Positions 26,472 to 35,194 of a DNA stretch of 36,718 nt are shown one piece after another. Source of the stretch: a virus (Duplodnaviria; Caudoviricetes); the IMG/VR virus record IMGVR_UViG_3300025018_000070, positions 1 to 36,718 of that record; one strand, 5' to 3'. Each line of letters begins with the position of its first letter. The first letter of the stretch is position 1. The notes beneath the pieces were generated by a model. That model was not told where the DNA came from. It saw only the letters and a list, made by a program, of their open reading frames with translations, and made no database searches. The translations under genes and the position numbers were made by a program.

Positions 26472-26866
26472 TTCGTAGGTTCCTTCATGCAATAGATTGA
26501 TGCGGCTAGGTGCGTGAGCTCCATCGCCTTGGGTGTGCCGTTGATCATACGTGCCATGAGGGTCATGGGCTCCGTCTGGATAACGCAGAAGCCGAAGCTA
26601 CGTGCGTACCATTCTTCGAGCTGTTGCTTGCTCAGGTTCATGTTGTCGCCCCAAGGCTGAGGGGTCAACACCAGCACGAGGCCAGCAGCGTCAGCCTCAC
26701 GGCAGACCTTGTGCATCAGCGTGGTAGCGTAGCCCTTGCCCTGTTCGGCGAAGGTGGTCTCGACGTTCACGATCTCCCGTGTGGTCTTCTGGAGTGCAGG
26801 GGGCAGCGCTGGGCACTGGCGAATACGCAGTGAGGCAGCACCAACGGAACGGGGTCCGGTCTTCAT
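26468..26866 (-). CDS. GNAT-family acetyltransferase
   Basis: EQGKGYATTLM acetyl-CoA motif A; LEEWYARSFGF; AAGGAG RBS. Confidence 0.75.
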   Translation of the reverse strand: MKTGPRSVGAASLRIRQCPALPPALQKTTREIVNVETTFAEQGKGYATTLMHKVCREADAAGLVLVLTPQPWGDNMNLSKQQLEEWYARSFGFCVIQTEPMTLMARMINGTPKAMELTHLAASIYCMKEPTK

Positions 26867-26883
26867 ATGTTTCTCCTTGTTCA

Positions 26884-28242
26884 TCAGGTCATCCATCCGC
26901 CACCGCTTGTGACAATACCAGCATTCTCGCGCTCTTCCATGCGCTCGCGGATACGGGGCTCTTCTGTTGCTACCACACCTATGCGGAAGGCATCAGAACC
27001 ATGTGAAGCCCAGTTATGCAGAGGGCCTAGGCTTATGCCCCGCTTCTCATCGACCTTCTCCTGGTACTGCTTCAGGGCGTCCAGGCCAGTGGCGGTCTTG
27101 CGCTTGTCGAACCACATGCGGTTCATAGTCATACGCACTGCGTCGATGCCATCCTTCACAGGGATGTTGGGTGCTACGCTGAACTCGATACCCAGCTTGG
27201 AGGCAGTCTCGATACGTGACTTGCCTGTACCTATCTCACGATGCATGATGTCGTGTGGACCCCAATGTGTGCCGTACAGGTAGTTCCGGTCGGTGAGCAC
27301 TCGTGCGTAGTGGTCAAGCCCGAAGCCTGATGCTTCGTAGTAGTCGATAACCCGTATCTCCTTGCCCACGAGCTGCACGAACCAGATCACCATGTTGTCG
27401 CTGATGCCCAAGTCCCACCACGTGTCTACCTTCACCGACTTGTCGTACGGCACGCTGGTGATACGACCATCGAACTCAGCGTCAGCGATCTCCTTGGCAT
27501 AGTAGGCACCCGTGATGGCAGCGTCGAAGTCACACTCGAACTCCTGCAGGTACTCGTTGGTAGGCATCAGCTTCCGCAGGCGTGCCAGCTCGCCCTCAGG
27601 GAGGATGCCTGTCTGACTGGCCTTCAGCACCTGGATGAACCACTCTGGTGGAACGCTGAGCAGGGTGTTGGCATCGTTGTCGGCCAGAGCACGCTTGTAC
27701 GTGGCACCCAGCAGGTTCCCCCATCCCTTCGGCGTGCCACTGATGTCCAGCCAGCCTTCGCGGTCAGCCAGAGCTGGGATGATCACGCTGGTCAGCACGC
27801 TGGGTGCTATGTCCTGGCCTTCGTCAGCCACCACGCCATCGAAGTACAGACCACGCATGCGGTCAGCGTTCTCAGCACCGTACAGGCGAATGACTGCCCC
27901 GTTGTGGGGCATGGTGATAGACAGCTCTGACTCGTTCTTCTTCGCCTTGTATGGCCCCCTCACGTCCAGGATGGCTGCTGAGTAGTGCTTCAGGTAGTTC
28001 CAGGCGATGTCCTTGGCTTGCACGAAGTAGGGAGCTAGGTAGCCGAAGCGTGGGTCAGGCTTCTCGCACGTAGCAGCAGCTCGCACCAGCTTGTTGATAC
28101 GTGCCACGGTCTTGCCTGCACGACGGTGAGCCACGCTCATGGCGAAGCGCTCTGGTGCCTTGTGGTATGGCAGGAAGGCAGCACGAGGCTTGTAGGGGAT
28201 GGTAACGACCTTCAAATCGGTCGCTGGCTGCTTTGCGGTCAT
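26884..28242 (-). CDS. terL: Terminase large subunit
   Basis: HRRAGKT Walker A, VVADE Walker B, GTPKG, WDLG nuclease, HGSDAFR. Confidence 0.95.
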   Translation of the reverse strand: MTAKQPATDLKVVTIPYKPRAAFLPYHKAPERFAMSVAHRRAGKTVARINKLVRAAATCEKPDPRFGYLAPYFVQAKDIAWNYLKHYSAAILDVRGPYKAKKNESELSITMPHNGAVIRLYGAENADRMRGLYFDGVVADEGQDIAPSVLTSVIIPALADREGWLDISGTPKGWGNLLGATYKRALADNDANTLLSVPPEWFIQVLKASQTGILPEGELARLRKLMPTNEYLQEFECDFDAAITGAYYAKEIADAEFDGRITSVPYDKSVKVDTWWDLGISDNMVIWFVQLVGKEIRVIDYYEASGFGLDHYARVLTDRNYLYGTHWGPHDIMHREIGTGKSRIETASKLGIEFSVAPNIPVKDGIDAVRMTMNRMWFDKRKTATGLDALKQYQEKVDEKRGISLGPLHNWASHGSDAFRIGVVATEEPRIRERMEERENAGIVTSGGGWMT

Positions 28243-28387
28243 GTGGGTGAGGGGGTAGTGTAGGGTGGATGGATACCGAGGCTGCTAGCCGATACCGATG
28301 GTAGCAGGTTGCGTCCCATCAGCGCACGCACTGTCCAGCACCAGCGGGTTGAGTCGCGTCCTGGATACCACGGGATAGCGTGGTGGT

Positions 28388-28774
28388 TCACTCTTCACCT
28401 TGCCACTTGAACGCTATGGTGAAGGGCTTGCCATCGTCGGGGTTCTTCAACTCAATCTGAGCTATCCGTGCGTGGATGTAGGGTGCGCACTTCTCAGCGT
28501 AGGGGAAGGCAGCGATTGAGCCTCCCTGGACGTACGCCTTGCGCATAGCCATCATCATCACGTCCAGAGGCGTGGCATCAGCAGGCAGGGCTGAACCATC
28601 GTGGCCTTCTTCGACGAAGCGCTTGCCTTCAGCGATGTCGTTGGCTATCTTCTTCGAGCGTCCGGCTGCTGCTCCAGGAGGCCGACCCTGGCCAGCACGA
28701 ACGCCTCCATGACCTGGAGCAGCGGGTTTCTTCGCAGCTTCTTTTCCGAGGGGTTTTCGAGCACCGAGTCCCAT
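28388..28774 (-). CDS. terS: Terminase small subunit
   Basis: GGVRAGQGRPPG, TPLDVM, APYIHAR; upstream of terL. Confidence 0.75.
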   Translation of the reverse strand: MGLGARKPLGKEAAKKPAAPGHGGVRAGQGRPPGAAAGRSKKIANDIAEGKRFVEEGHDGSALPADATPLDVMMMAMRKAYVQGGSIAAFPYAEKCAPYIHARIAQIELKNPDDGKPFTIAFKWQGEE

Positions 28775-28958
28775 GTGATTATTCCATTGAGAAAAACAAG
28801 ACGCCAAGTGTATCGTGCCGTGTGGGTGCTCGCAGAGAACGACGACAGGGAATAAGAGAAGAGAAGACGTGAATTGATACTGTGGAATAAGGTGAATATG
28901 CAGTAATGGTCTGCATCTCGGACAGTAAGACTACCGTGTTATTTGAATAAACACCATT

Positions 28959-29080
28959 GGAGCACAGGAGTACACAAACATGGCAGTGGTGGTACTCCAC
29001 GTGCTTTAAAAGCAACGTGGGAGTACTCACCGCTTTTGGGTAATCTAGGGAGTACTCCCGTGGAGCACCTGAGAGTACCC
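28959..29080. repeat. Cluster of GGAG(T/C)AC repeats and inverted repeats; candidate origin or pac region
   Basis: Copies at 28959, 28967, 28992 (inverted), 29020, 29049, 29062, 29073 (GAGTAC); palindrome GGGAGTACTCCC at 29048-29059. Confidence 0.55.
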
Positions 29081-29302
29081 GCGCTGATACATACGAACGG
29101 CCAAAAGACCCTCCTCGGACAGGCAAACCAGGACGCGTTTATGGCTAATTCCTTTCAAGATAACCCATCCATGGATTAGGGAATACCCGACTGCAACCTT
29201 GTGTTCTTCCGCCATAACTGCGCACCGTTGACCGTGTTGGTCTTGGGGCAGGCCAGCGAGCTGAGCCAAGAAGCCCATTGCGTCTATTGCGTTGGTGTTC
29301 AT
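29045..29302 (-). CDS. Hypothetical protein (85 aa)
   Basis: TGATG coupling to primase-helicase; AAGGAG RBS. Confidence 0.5.
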   Translation of the reverse strand: MNTNAIDAMGFLAQLAGLPQDQHGQRCAVMAEEHKVAVGYSLIHGWVILKGISHKRVLVCLSEEGLLAVRMYQRGYSQVLHGSTP

Positions 29303-31464
29303 CACTTGGCTCCTTTGTTCTGCTGCTTCAGGTACTGCTTACCTACACGGGTGAGCTCGTGGAGCCTGCTACGGTTTGGTCCATCGGTGATCTCAACGTA
29401 GTCCTGCTCCTCGCACCACTCCAACACCTGCTTCATCAGCGCTGGCTTGCTGTTGAGCTGTGCGCTGACTTGGTTCTGGCTGACTGCACCGTCGTGATCG
29501 GCCAGGACTTGGAGCACTCGGGGTGCCCATGCTCTTACTCGCTTGAGTACTTCTTCCTGCTTGAGGTTCTCGCGTGCCTCAACCACTTGCGCACTGTCCA
29601 GCTTCGTGATGTCAGGGCGAGGGATGAGGAGCCTGCCCTTGCGCTCGAATATCTGCATGGGCATGGGTGCGCTGTAGTTGTGCTTCACGTGCTTGCAGAC
29701 CACGTACTTGCTGAGGGTCTCATGGTCAGGGGGTAAGCCATAGGCAGGGGCATCCTTCACAGGCATGGAGACCATAGCCACCACCGAACGAGCGTTGTCT
29801 GCGAAGGAGGAGGCACCACGCAGGCTACTCTGGTTGATGTCGTCAAGCTGTGCCCACGCTCCAGCCTTGTTCATGTGGTGCAGTACCACAACAGCACAGT
29901 GAGCGTGCTTGGCAATGTAGCCGAGGGTCTGCATGTACTGCGCCATGTCAGCGATGTCGTTCTCCTCGAGCTGGTGGGTGTACACAGCAGGGTCAAGCAC
30001 GAGGACGCGGATGTTGCGTGACTTCAACCAGTCTACGAGCCACTGCACACGCTGGGTGCGCTCTGGAGCACCGAAGCGGTCTGGCTTGGTGAGCAGGAGC
30101 CACGCAGAGGGCTCGTCGTCCGCTGAGTACACGAACAGGTTCTTGCGCACCGTGCCGTTGACGTCGTGCAACATATCGAACGTGCCGTTGTCTGTTTCGG
30201 CCAGCGCACCCGTGATATCCATCAGCCTGCCCCGTAGGTCGTTACTGTCGTCCTCATAGGACACGAACAGACTACGCAGTGGCTTGCGAGGCTGGAACCC
30301 GTGCCACGTCTGCCCCATAGCAGCATGAACCAGGATGTGCAACAGGAGCATGGACTTGCTCACACCGCCGGGTCCACCCACGACGGTGACCTTACCTACG
30401 GGGGCGAAGCGCTCTACTGCCCAGTCACGCTCAACGAACGGTGCGTCCAACAGCGTGCTGATGTCAGCCTTGTTGTCGAACGTATCAAAGTCGTCCATCA
30501 CGCCTGCTTGCGACTGCTGATCTTGCGTCAGGTGCCCGTTATCCTTGAGCCAGCGCACGAGGCTCGCATAGGTGAGGTGAGCGTGCCCATGTGAGTCAGG
30601 GCCTGTACCCATGCACTTGACCGCTGGTCTTGGGTTGCCATCGAAGTGCGCTTCGTAGTAGGCAGTCTTGGTTTCGTTGGTGGTGGTGTGGAGCTCAACG
30701 TGTGGGCACGTGATGAAGTGCATACCCTTGTGGGCAGGGTTCTCCCGTAGGTAGATGCCAGCTTGCTTGATGGCCTGCAAGATGAAGTCTGGGCGCTCAT
30801 CAGGAATGTCTGCTGGCGCGCCTGCCTTGCGTTCCTTGGCTTCTGTGGGCTTCTGTGGTGCCCACGCTTTACCCTTCACGTACCACTGCTTGAACTCACT
30901 GTCTTCCAGCTTCGCTGGCATGTACATCGGTTGGCTGAGGGTCCAGGACTTGTCGTCCAGCCATTCGTCGATACCCAGCTTCCGGGCTGCATGGTGCGTG
31001 GTGGCTTTCAGCGTGGCTGTAGCGGCAGAGCCTTCTATGAACCGTCCTAGGGGTAGTACAACACGGTAACGGGGCTGCTCCGTTGTGTGGCTGATGCTGG
31101 TGTAGACCCATCCTTCGCTACCTATGTCACGTAGCTTTTCAGCGATGTCTGCTGGTGCTGGTGGAGGGTGAGGCGTGTCCTCGGTCTGCTCGATGTCCAG
31201 CGTGATGAGCGTGCGGTGAGTGACGTTGTCGTCTCGACGCTGGGGAGGGTCCATCACAGCGCCTACGAAGTACGGCAGACTCATCTTCAGCTTGCTGCGT
31301 TTGGCTTTTGGCATCGAGTGGTACTCCTCGACGCTGATGGGTATCTCGACAGGCTTTTTGTGGTGGAGGTATAGTTGATGCAGGGTAGCGTCGTCTGGAG
31401 AAGATGTAACGTGTTTGTTGGTCACGCCACCTTCACGCACGACGCTGTAAGGCGTTGCTGTCAT
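29302..31464 (-). CDS. Primase-helicase (primase-like N-domain, RepA/AAA_25 helicase, C-terminal wHTH)
   Basis: LDIE, YTSISH...PRYRVVLPL; CPH..H...C; GPGGVSKS, SYEDD, LVLDP, LHHMNK, RGASSF. Confidence 0.88.
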   Translation of the reverse strand: MTATPYSVVREGGVTNKHVTSSPDDATLHQLYLHHKKPVEIPISVEEYHSMPKAKRSKLKMSLPYFVGAVMDPPQRRDDNVTHRTLITLDIEQTEDTPHPPPAPADIAEKLRDIGSEGWVYTSISHTTEQPRYRVVLPLGRFIEGSAATATLKATTHHAARKLGIDEWLDDKSWTLSQPMYMPAKLEDSEFKQWYVKGKAWAPQKPTEAKERKAGAPADIPDERPDFILQAIKQAGIYLRENPAHKGMHFITCPHVELHTTTNETKTAYYEAHFDGNPRPAVKCMGTGPDSHGHAHLTYASLVRWLKDNGHLTQDQQSQAGVMDDFDTFDNKADISTLLDAPFVERDWAVERFAPVGKVTVVGGPGGVSKSMLLLHILVHAAMGQTWHGFQPRKPLRSLFVSYEDDSNDLRGRLMDITGALAETDNGTFDMLHDVNGTVRKNLFVYSADDEPSAWLLLTKPDRFGAPERTQRVQWLVDWLKSRNIRVLVLDPAVYTHQLEENDIADMAQYMQTLGYIAKHAHCAVVVLHHMNKAGAWAQLDDINQSSLRGASSFADNARSVVAMVSMPVKDAPAYGLPPDHETLSKYVVCKHVKHNYSAPMPMQIFERKGRLLIPRPDITKLDSAQVVEARENLKQEEVLKRVRAWAPRVLQVLADHDGAVSQNQVSAQLNSKPALMKQVLEWCEEQDYVEITDGPNRSRLHELTRVGKQYLKQQNKGAK

Positions 31465-31573
31465 GTGTGAATCCTAAGTTGGGGGAAGGGCCATTGTAAC
31501 CGTGTGCTCCATGGAGTACTCACTGAACCACCTTGATACCGTCGGTAGCCGCATGTGTGGCAAACTACGTCCC

Positions 31574-31743
31574 GTTGCGCTGATGTAGGCCAGTGGCTTT
31601 GGTTCCTTTCACACTCCTTCGGCGAAGTGGCCTGCTGTAGCGCAACAACTTGATTTACGTTGATGTTGTCAGTTGTCTCCCTTGGGTTGAGATCTCTCGC
31701 CCTTCAAGCCCCCACTGGTTCACGCCTCTGGGGGCTTCTTTTT
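31574..31743 (+). ncRNA. Candidate structured small RNA ending in an intrinsic terminator
   Basis: Nested stems GTTGCGCT/AGCGCAAC and GTAGGCCA/TGGCCTGC, second stem ACAACT/AGTTGT, then a terminator; no credible ORF. Confidence 0.35.
31706..31743 (+). terminator. Rho-independent terminator
   Basis: AAGCCCCCA-N14-TGGGGGCTT followed by CTTTTT. Confidence 0.6.
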
Positions 31744-31755
31744 CGCCTGCTGGTC

Positions 31756-31825
31756 TTGAATACCCTACCGCGTTGAAGGGTCTTTTCAGAAAGGTCTTGG
31801 AAGAGTTCTTGAAAGCCTCGACATT
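31756..31825 (+). promoter_or_regulatory. Putative early promoter, copy B
   Basis: Aligns with 8793-8860; TTGGAA-N17-GACATT. Confidence 0.6.
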
Positions 31826-31860
31826 AACTCCATCAACAACGTTTTTCAAGGAACCACATC

Positions 31861-32049
31861 ATGTCAACATCTACCAAGCTCGTCCCCACCTTCGTGTCCT
31901 CCAACATCGAAGCTGCTGCAGAAGCCATGTTCGCTTCCAACCGTGCTCGCCCTTGCGCCTGCTACACACAAGACGGTCAGGCTGTTGTCTGCTCGGCACG
32001 CACCGCACGCAAGAACGGCTGGACCATCGTGGCTCGTGCTTGGAAATAA
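31861..32049 (+). CDS. Hypothetical protein (62 aa), paralog of 8913-9275
   Basis: AAGGA RBS; GQAVVCSARTARKNGWTI. Confidence 0.75.
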   Translation: MSTSTKLVPTFVSSNIEAAAEAMFASNRARPCACYTQDGQAVVCSARTARKNGWTIVARAWK

Positions 32050-32078
32050 TCTGCAACCCAACTGAAAGGAACCGCACC

Positions 32079-32309
32079 ATGATCACCGCAACAGGCCCCC
32101 GCCTCATCACCCTCACACCGACTAAGACCTACGCCAGCGCCGAGAACGCTGTGAAGGCAGTGCTCAAGGTGTTCCCGGCTGATGCTGAGTACTGCTCCAA
32201 CCTGACGTACATCTTGCAGACCACACCGGAAGGTCGGTTCTTCCCAGTGTTCATCGGCGAGCGTGCTTTGCAAGCGATGGCACATTTCAACTTCTGCGTG
32301 GTGGCCTAA
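32079..32309 (+). CDS. Hypothetical protein (76 aa)
   Basis: GAAAGGA RBS; KTYASAENAVKAV...GRFFPVFIG. Confidence 0.75.
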   Translation: MITATGPRLITLTPTKTYASAENAVKAVLKVFPADAEYCSNLTYILQTTPEGRFFPVFIGERALQAMAHFNFCVVA

Positions 32310-32678
32310 ATGACCCGCATCAACTGCGTCCCTCCCAGCGAACTGCACGACAAGCATCTGGGGGCTGAATACCGTGAGCTCCCCCGTGTCTTCAAGCTGG
32401 CCTACGCTGCTTACCAACGGGGTGAAGACCCCGCAACGCACCCCCAAGAGTACCTGCTGGGCAAGGGTCACGTGAAGTTCTTCTACACCCGGCTGGAGTG
32501 GCTGGCGCAACGGTTCGACACTATCTACCTGGAGATGCGTGCCCGTGGGTGGAAGCCTCAGTATTCCAGCGTGCCTGTCTTGCCCCGAATGCCTGCTAGC
32601 TGGTGGCAGTGCTGGCACCCCACTGAAGAAGCCCTTGCAACCAACAGGCAGCGCATCCAGGACCGCATGCCGCGATAG
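32310..32678 (+). CDS. denV: Pyrimidine-dimer DNA glycosylase / endonuclease V
   Basis: MTRIN...EL.DKHL.AEYRELPRVF, LGKGHVKFFY; catalytic Thr2 and Glu present. Confidence 0.93.
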   Translation: MTRINCVPPSELHDKHLGAEYRELPRVFKLAYAAYQRGEDPATHPQEYLLGKGHVKFFYTRLEWLAQRFDTIYLEMRARGWKPQYSSVPVLPRMPASWWQCWHPTEEALATNRQRIQDRMPR

Positions 32679-32791
32679 TTTGAAAAATACCCTGCGCGTC
32701 AGGTTAAAATACGCAAGTGAAAGGAACCGTGGTACAGCCTCGGTAGCCCTTTCACGGACCTAACAACAACGTGAATCAAGGATTATCAACC

Positions 32792-33742
32792 ATGTCAGCT
32801 AGCCTCTACACCCTCCCCGAATACAAACAACACCCAGTCGCGCTGGCGCTCATGCCCGGTGGTATGGACGACGAAGAGTTCAACGCCTTCTGCGCCGACG
32901 TTGAAGAGCGTGGCATCCTGTTCCCTGCCTCCCTGTACGAAGGTATGGTGCTGGATGGCTGGCACCGTTACCGTGCTGCGAAGCGTACAGGCAGCGAGCT
33001 GAAGTTCATCGAGTACAAGGGCAAGGACCCAGCAGGGTATATCGCCTCCTGTAACGTGCTGCGTCGCAAGCTCAGCAGCCTGCAACGTGCGCTCGTTGGG
33101 GCGCGACTGCACCGCGACCACGGTATCACCCAGCGTGAAGCCTGCAAGAAGCTGGGTATATCCAACGAGGTCATCACCCTGTTGCTGAAGACCATAGACA
33201 GCAAGAACACCAAGATCATCAAGCGTATTGAGATGGAGTCTGACTTCACCCGTGGTATGCTCAAGGAAGAGCTGGAAGATGCTGGCCTGTTGCGTGCCAA
33301 GCCCAAGACCGACGTGGACGTGAGTACCCTCACCAACAGTGTGTTCGACATGGGTCGTACTGGTGGCGTGGCGCGTGATACCGATGGTAGCGATACAGAC
33401 GAAGACGACGAAGGTGAAGACCCTATCAAGTGGTTGCCTGATACTGGCAAGGGCCTGAAGGCTGACCAGCGTGCCGCACGCAAGCCCAAGGAAACAGCAG
33501 CGATGGTTCTGTCTGAGCAGTTCCGTGCGTTGATGGCTGACGAGCGTGAGTCCTTCATGCAGATGATCTGGCCTATCGCCAAGGGTATCGTACAGGCTGC
33601 TGAGTGGGGTCAGGATATCACCAGCGCAACGGAAGACTTCAAGGCTGCTGTTGTGGCAGCACGCAAGCCAGCACTGAAGGTGGTAGGGGATACCCCACTG
33701 AAGGCCCTTACCCGTGCCAGCAAGAAGGCAGTAGCAGCCTAA
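32792..33742 (+). CDS. ParB-like protein with HTH
   Basis: VLDGWHRYRA (GxxR patch); NVLRRKLSSLQRA; HTH TQREACKKLGIS. Confidence 0.85.
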   Translation: MSASLYTLPEYKQHPVALALMPGGMDDEEFNAFCADVEERGILFPASLYEGMVLDGWHRYRAAKRTGSELKFIEYKGKDPAGYIASCNVLRRKLSSLQRALVGARLHRDHGITQREACKKLGISNEVITLLLKTIDSKNTKIIKRIEMESDFTRGMLKEELEDAGLLRAKPKTDVDVSTLTNSVFDMGRTGGVARDTDGSDTDEDDEGEDPIKWLPDTGKGLKADQRAARKPKETAAMVLSEQFRALMADERESFMQMIWPIAKGIVQAAEWGQDITSATEDFKAAVVAARKPALKVVGDTPLKALTRASKKAVAA

Positions 33743-34645
33743 ATGGGCCTCCTGCATCGTGCAGCCATGCGGGCAGCCCAACGGTACACCGCATCGCAAC
33801 TGGACCAGCAGGGGGCAGTGCTGTACGCAGCGAACACCCTCGTGGCACCAACATGGCAGCAGCTCGGTGACGTCACGAAGAGTGTGTGGCGTGACAAGGC
33901 AGCGCTCAAGCTATCTGGGCATCCGTGCTGGTGGAGCATCAACCCAGACGGTGCAACGACAATTACCCAAGCCGCTAGCAGCCTCGGCATTCAGGCTGTG
34001 TTTCAGGAGTGTATGAATATGAGTATCAATAGCAAGAAGGTCGCTGAGCAACTCGACGCCATCAGCGAGGCTTTCATGGCATTGGCTGGCACCTTTCGGG
34101 CAGGCAGTGGCAGTGCAGAGGATAGCGATGGAGATGAACCGGCTGCGAAACCTGTACGCGGAAGCAAGTCCGCTGCCAAGCCAGCAGCCAGCAAACCCGC
34201 TGCCAAGAAAGCGGAAGCGCCAGCGGAATCGGACCTGACCATCGACGAAGTGCGTGCCAAGCTCAAGGAGCTGGTGGAAGCCAAGGGCAAGGACAAGATG
34301 GTCGAAGCGCTTGAGTCCGTGGGTGCAGGCAAGCTCGGCGACGTGGACGAAAGCCAGTACCAAGAGCTGTTGGACAAGGCACAGGAATTCATCGACGAAG
34401 AAGACGAAGCCCCTGCCAAGAAGCCAGCAGCCAAGGGCAAGGCAAAGAAGGCTGGTCCTACCCTGGACGAAGTGAACGAAGCAGCCAAGGCGCTGATTGC
34501 TGCTGACAAGCCTGCCTACCTGAAGCTGGCTAAGAAGCTGGGTAAGCCAAGCGAGATGGACGAAGATGACTACGCTACAGCCATCGCCGCTTACGAGCAG
34601 GCCATGCCTGAAGGCAGCGAAGATGGTGACGACGACCTGCTGTAA
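33743..34645 (+). CDS. Acidic/Lys-Ala-rich replication-module protein with two helical repeats; probable main start at 34019 with in-frame 92-aa extension
   Basis: AGGAG RBS 9 nt before ATG 34019; repeats LTIDEVRAKL... and PTLDEVNEAA...; ends GDDDLL. Confidence 0.7.
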   Translation: MGLLHRAAMRAAQRYTASQLDQQGAVLYAANTLVAPTWQQLGDVTKSVWRDKAALKLSGHPCWWSINPDGATTITQAASSLGIQAVFQECMNMSINSKKVAEQLDAISEAFMALAGTFRAGSGSAEDSDGDEPAAKPVRGSKSAAKPAASKPAAKKAEAPAESDLTIDEVRAKLKELVEAKGKDKMVEALESVGAGKLGDVDESQYQELLDKAQEFIDEEDEAPAKKPAAKGKAKKAGPTLDEVNEAAKALIAADKPAYLKLAKKLGKPSEMDEDDYATAIAAYEQAMPEGSEDGDDDLL

Positions 34646-34670
34646 TCCTGTAGCAAGTCAAATTCAACAT

Positions 34671-34693
34671 GGGGCTTCGGCCCCTTCTTTTTC
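34671..34693 (+). terminator. Rho-independent terminator
   Basis: GGGGC-TTCG-GCCCC-TTCTTTTTT. Confidence 0.85.
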
Positions 34694-34707
34694 TCTGGAG
34701 ATATCAC

Positions 34708-35193
34708 ATGACTGAACAAGCCATCGAGCAAGAAATCAAAGCCAAGGGTCTCAACGCACCCCGTATAACCCCACAGCACATCGACGAGCAGATCGTCAGT
34801 GCGTACTTCTTCACCGCTGAAAACGGTGTTACAGGCGAAGAGAACGCCAACTATTGCCCATCTGCCGTGTACGAATCTGCGTTGGGTCTGCTGACCTTCT
34901 GCGTGCTGGTGCTACGCAACGGGTTCACCGTGACTGGTGAGTCAGCGTGCGCGAGTCCTGAGAACTTCAACGCCGAGATTGGCAAGAAGATCGCCTTGGA
35001 AAACGCTCGCAACAAAATCTGGATGCTGGAAGGCTACCTTCTGCGCGACTGGCTCCATGCCAACGAACAGACCACACAACGCAAGTTCGCCTTCACACAA
35101 GGACTGAACGGCACCACGGCATACGACATCGAGAAGTTGGTTGCTCCGACCGTGTTGGTGCCTGACGAAGAGTCGTCCGGGCTGACAGACTGA
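34708..35193 (+). CDS. Gp49-family phage protein (N4 gp49 / Sf6 gp66-like)
   Basis: APRITP, LTFCVLVLRNGFTVTGESACASPENFNAEIG, IWMLEGYLL. Confidence 0.9.
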   Translation: MTEQAIEQEIKAKGLNAPRITPQHIDEQIVSAYFFTAENGVTGEENANYCPSAVYESALGLLTFCVLVLRNGFTVTGESACASPENFNAEIGKKIALENARNKIWMLEGYLLRDWLHANEQTTQRKFAFTQGLNGTTAYDIEKLVAPTVLVPDEESSGLTD

Positions 35194-35194
35194 T

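Noticed and set aside
28779-29179. ORFs 28779-29126 (-) and 28943-29179 (+)
   Set aside because: They span the repeat-rich, AT-rich control region and lack a convincing RBS or protein features
31650-32078. 219-aa ORF 31650-32309 as listed
   Set aside because: Its 5' part crosses a terminator, a promoter and another gene; the credible start is ATG 32079 with an RBS
32680-32710. Sigma70 promoter TTGAAA...TAAAAT before ParB-like gene
   Set aside because: Spacer is 19 nt; plausible but too weak to call
32792-33742. Full plasmid-prophage partition system
   Set aside because: No ParA, repressor or protelomerase recognised; only the ParB-like gene and candidate sites are supported
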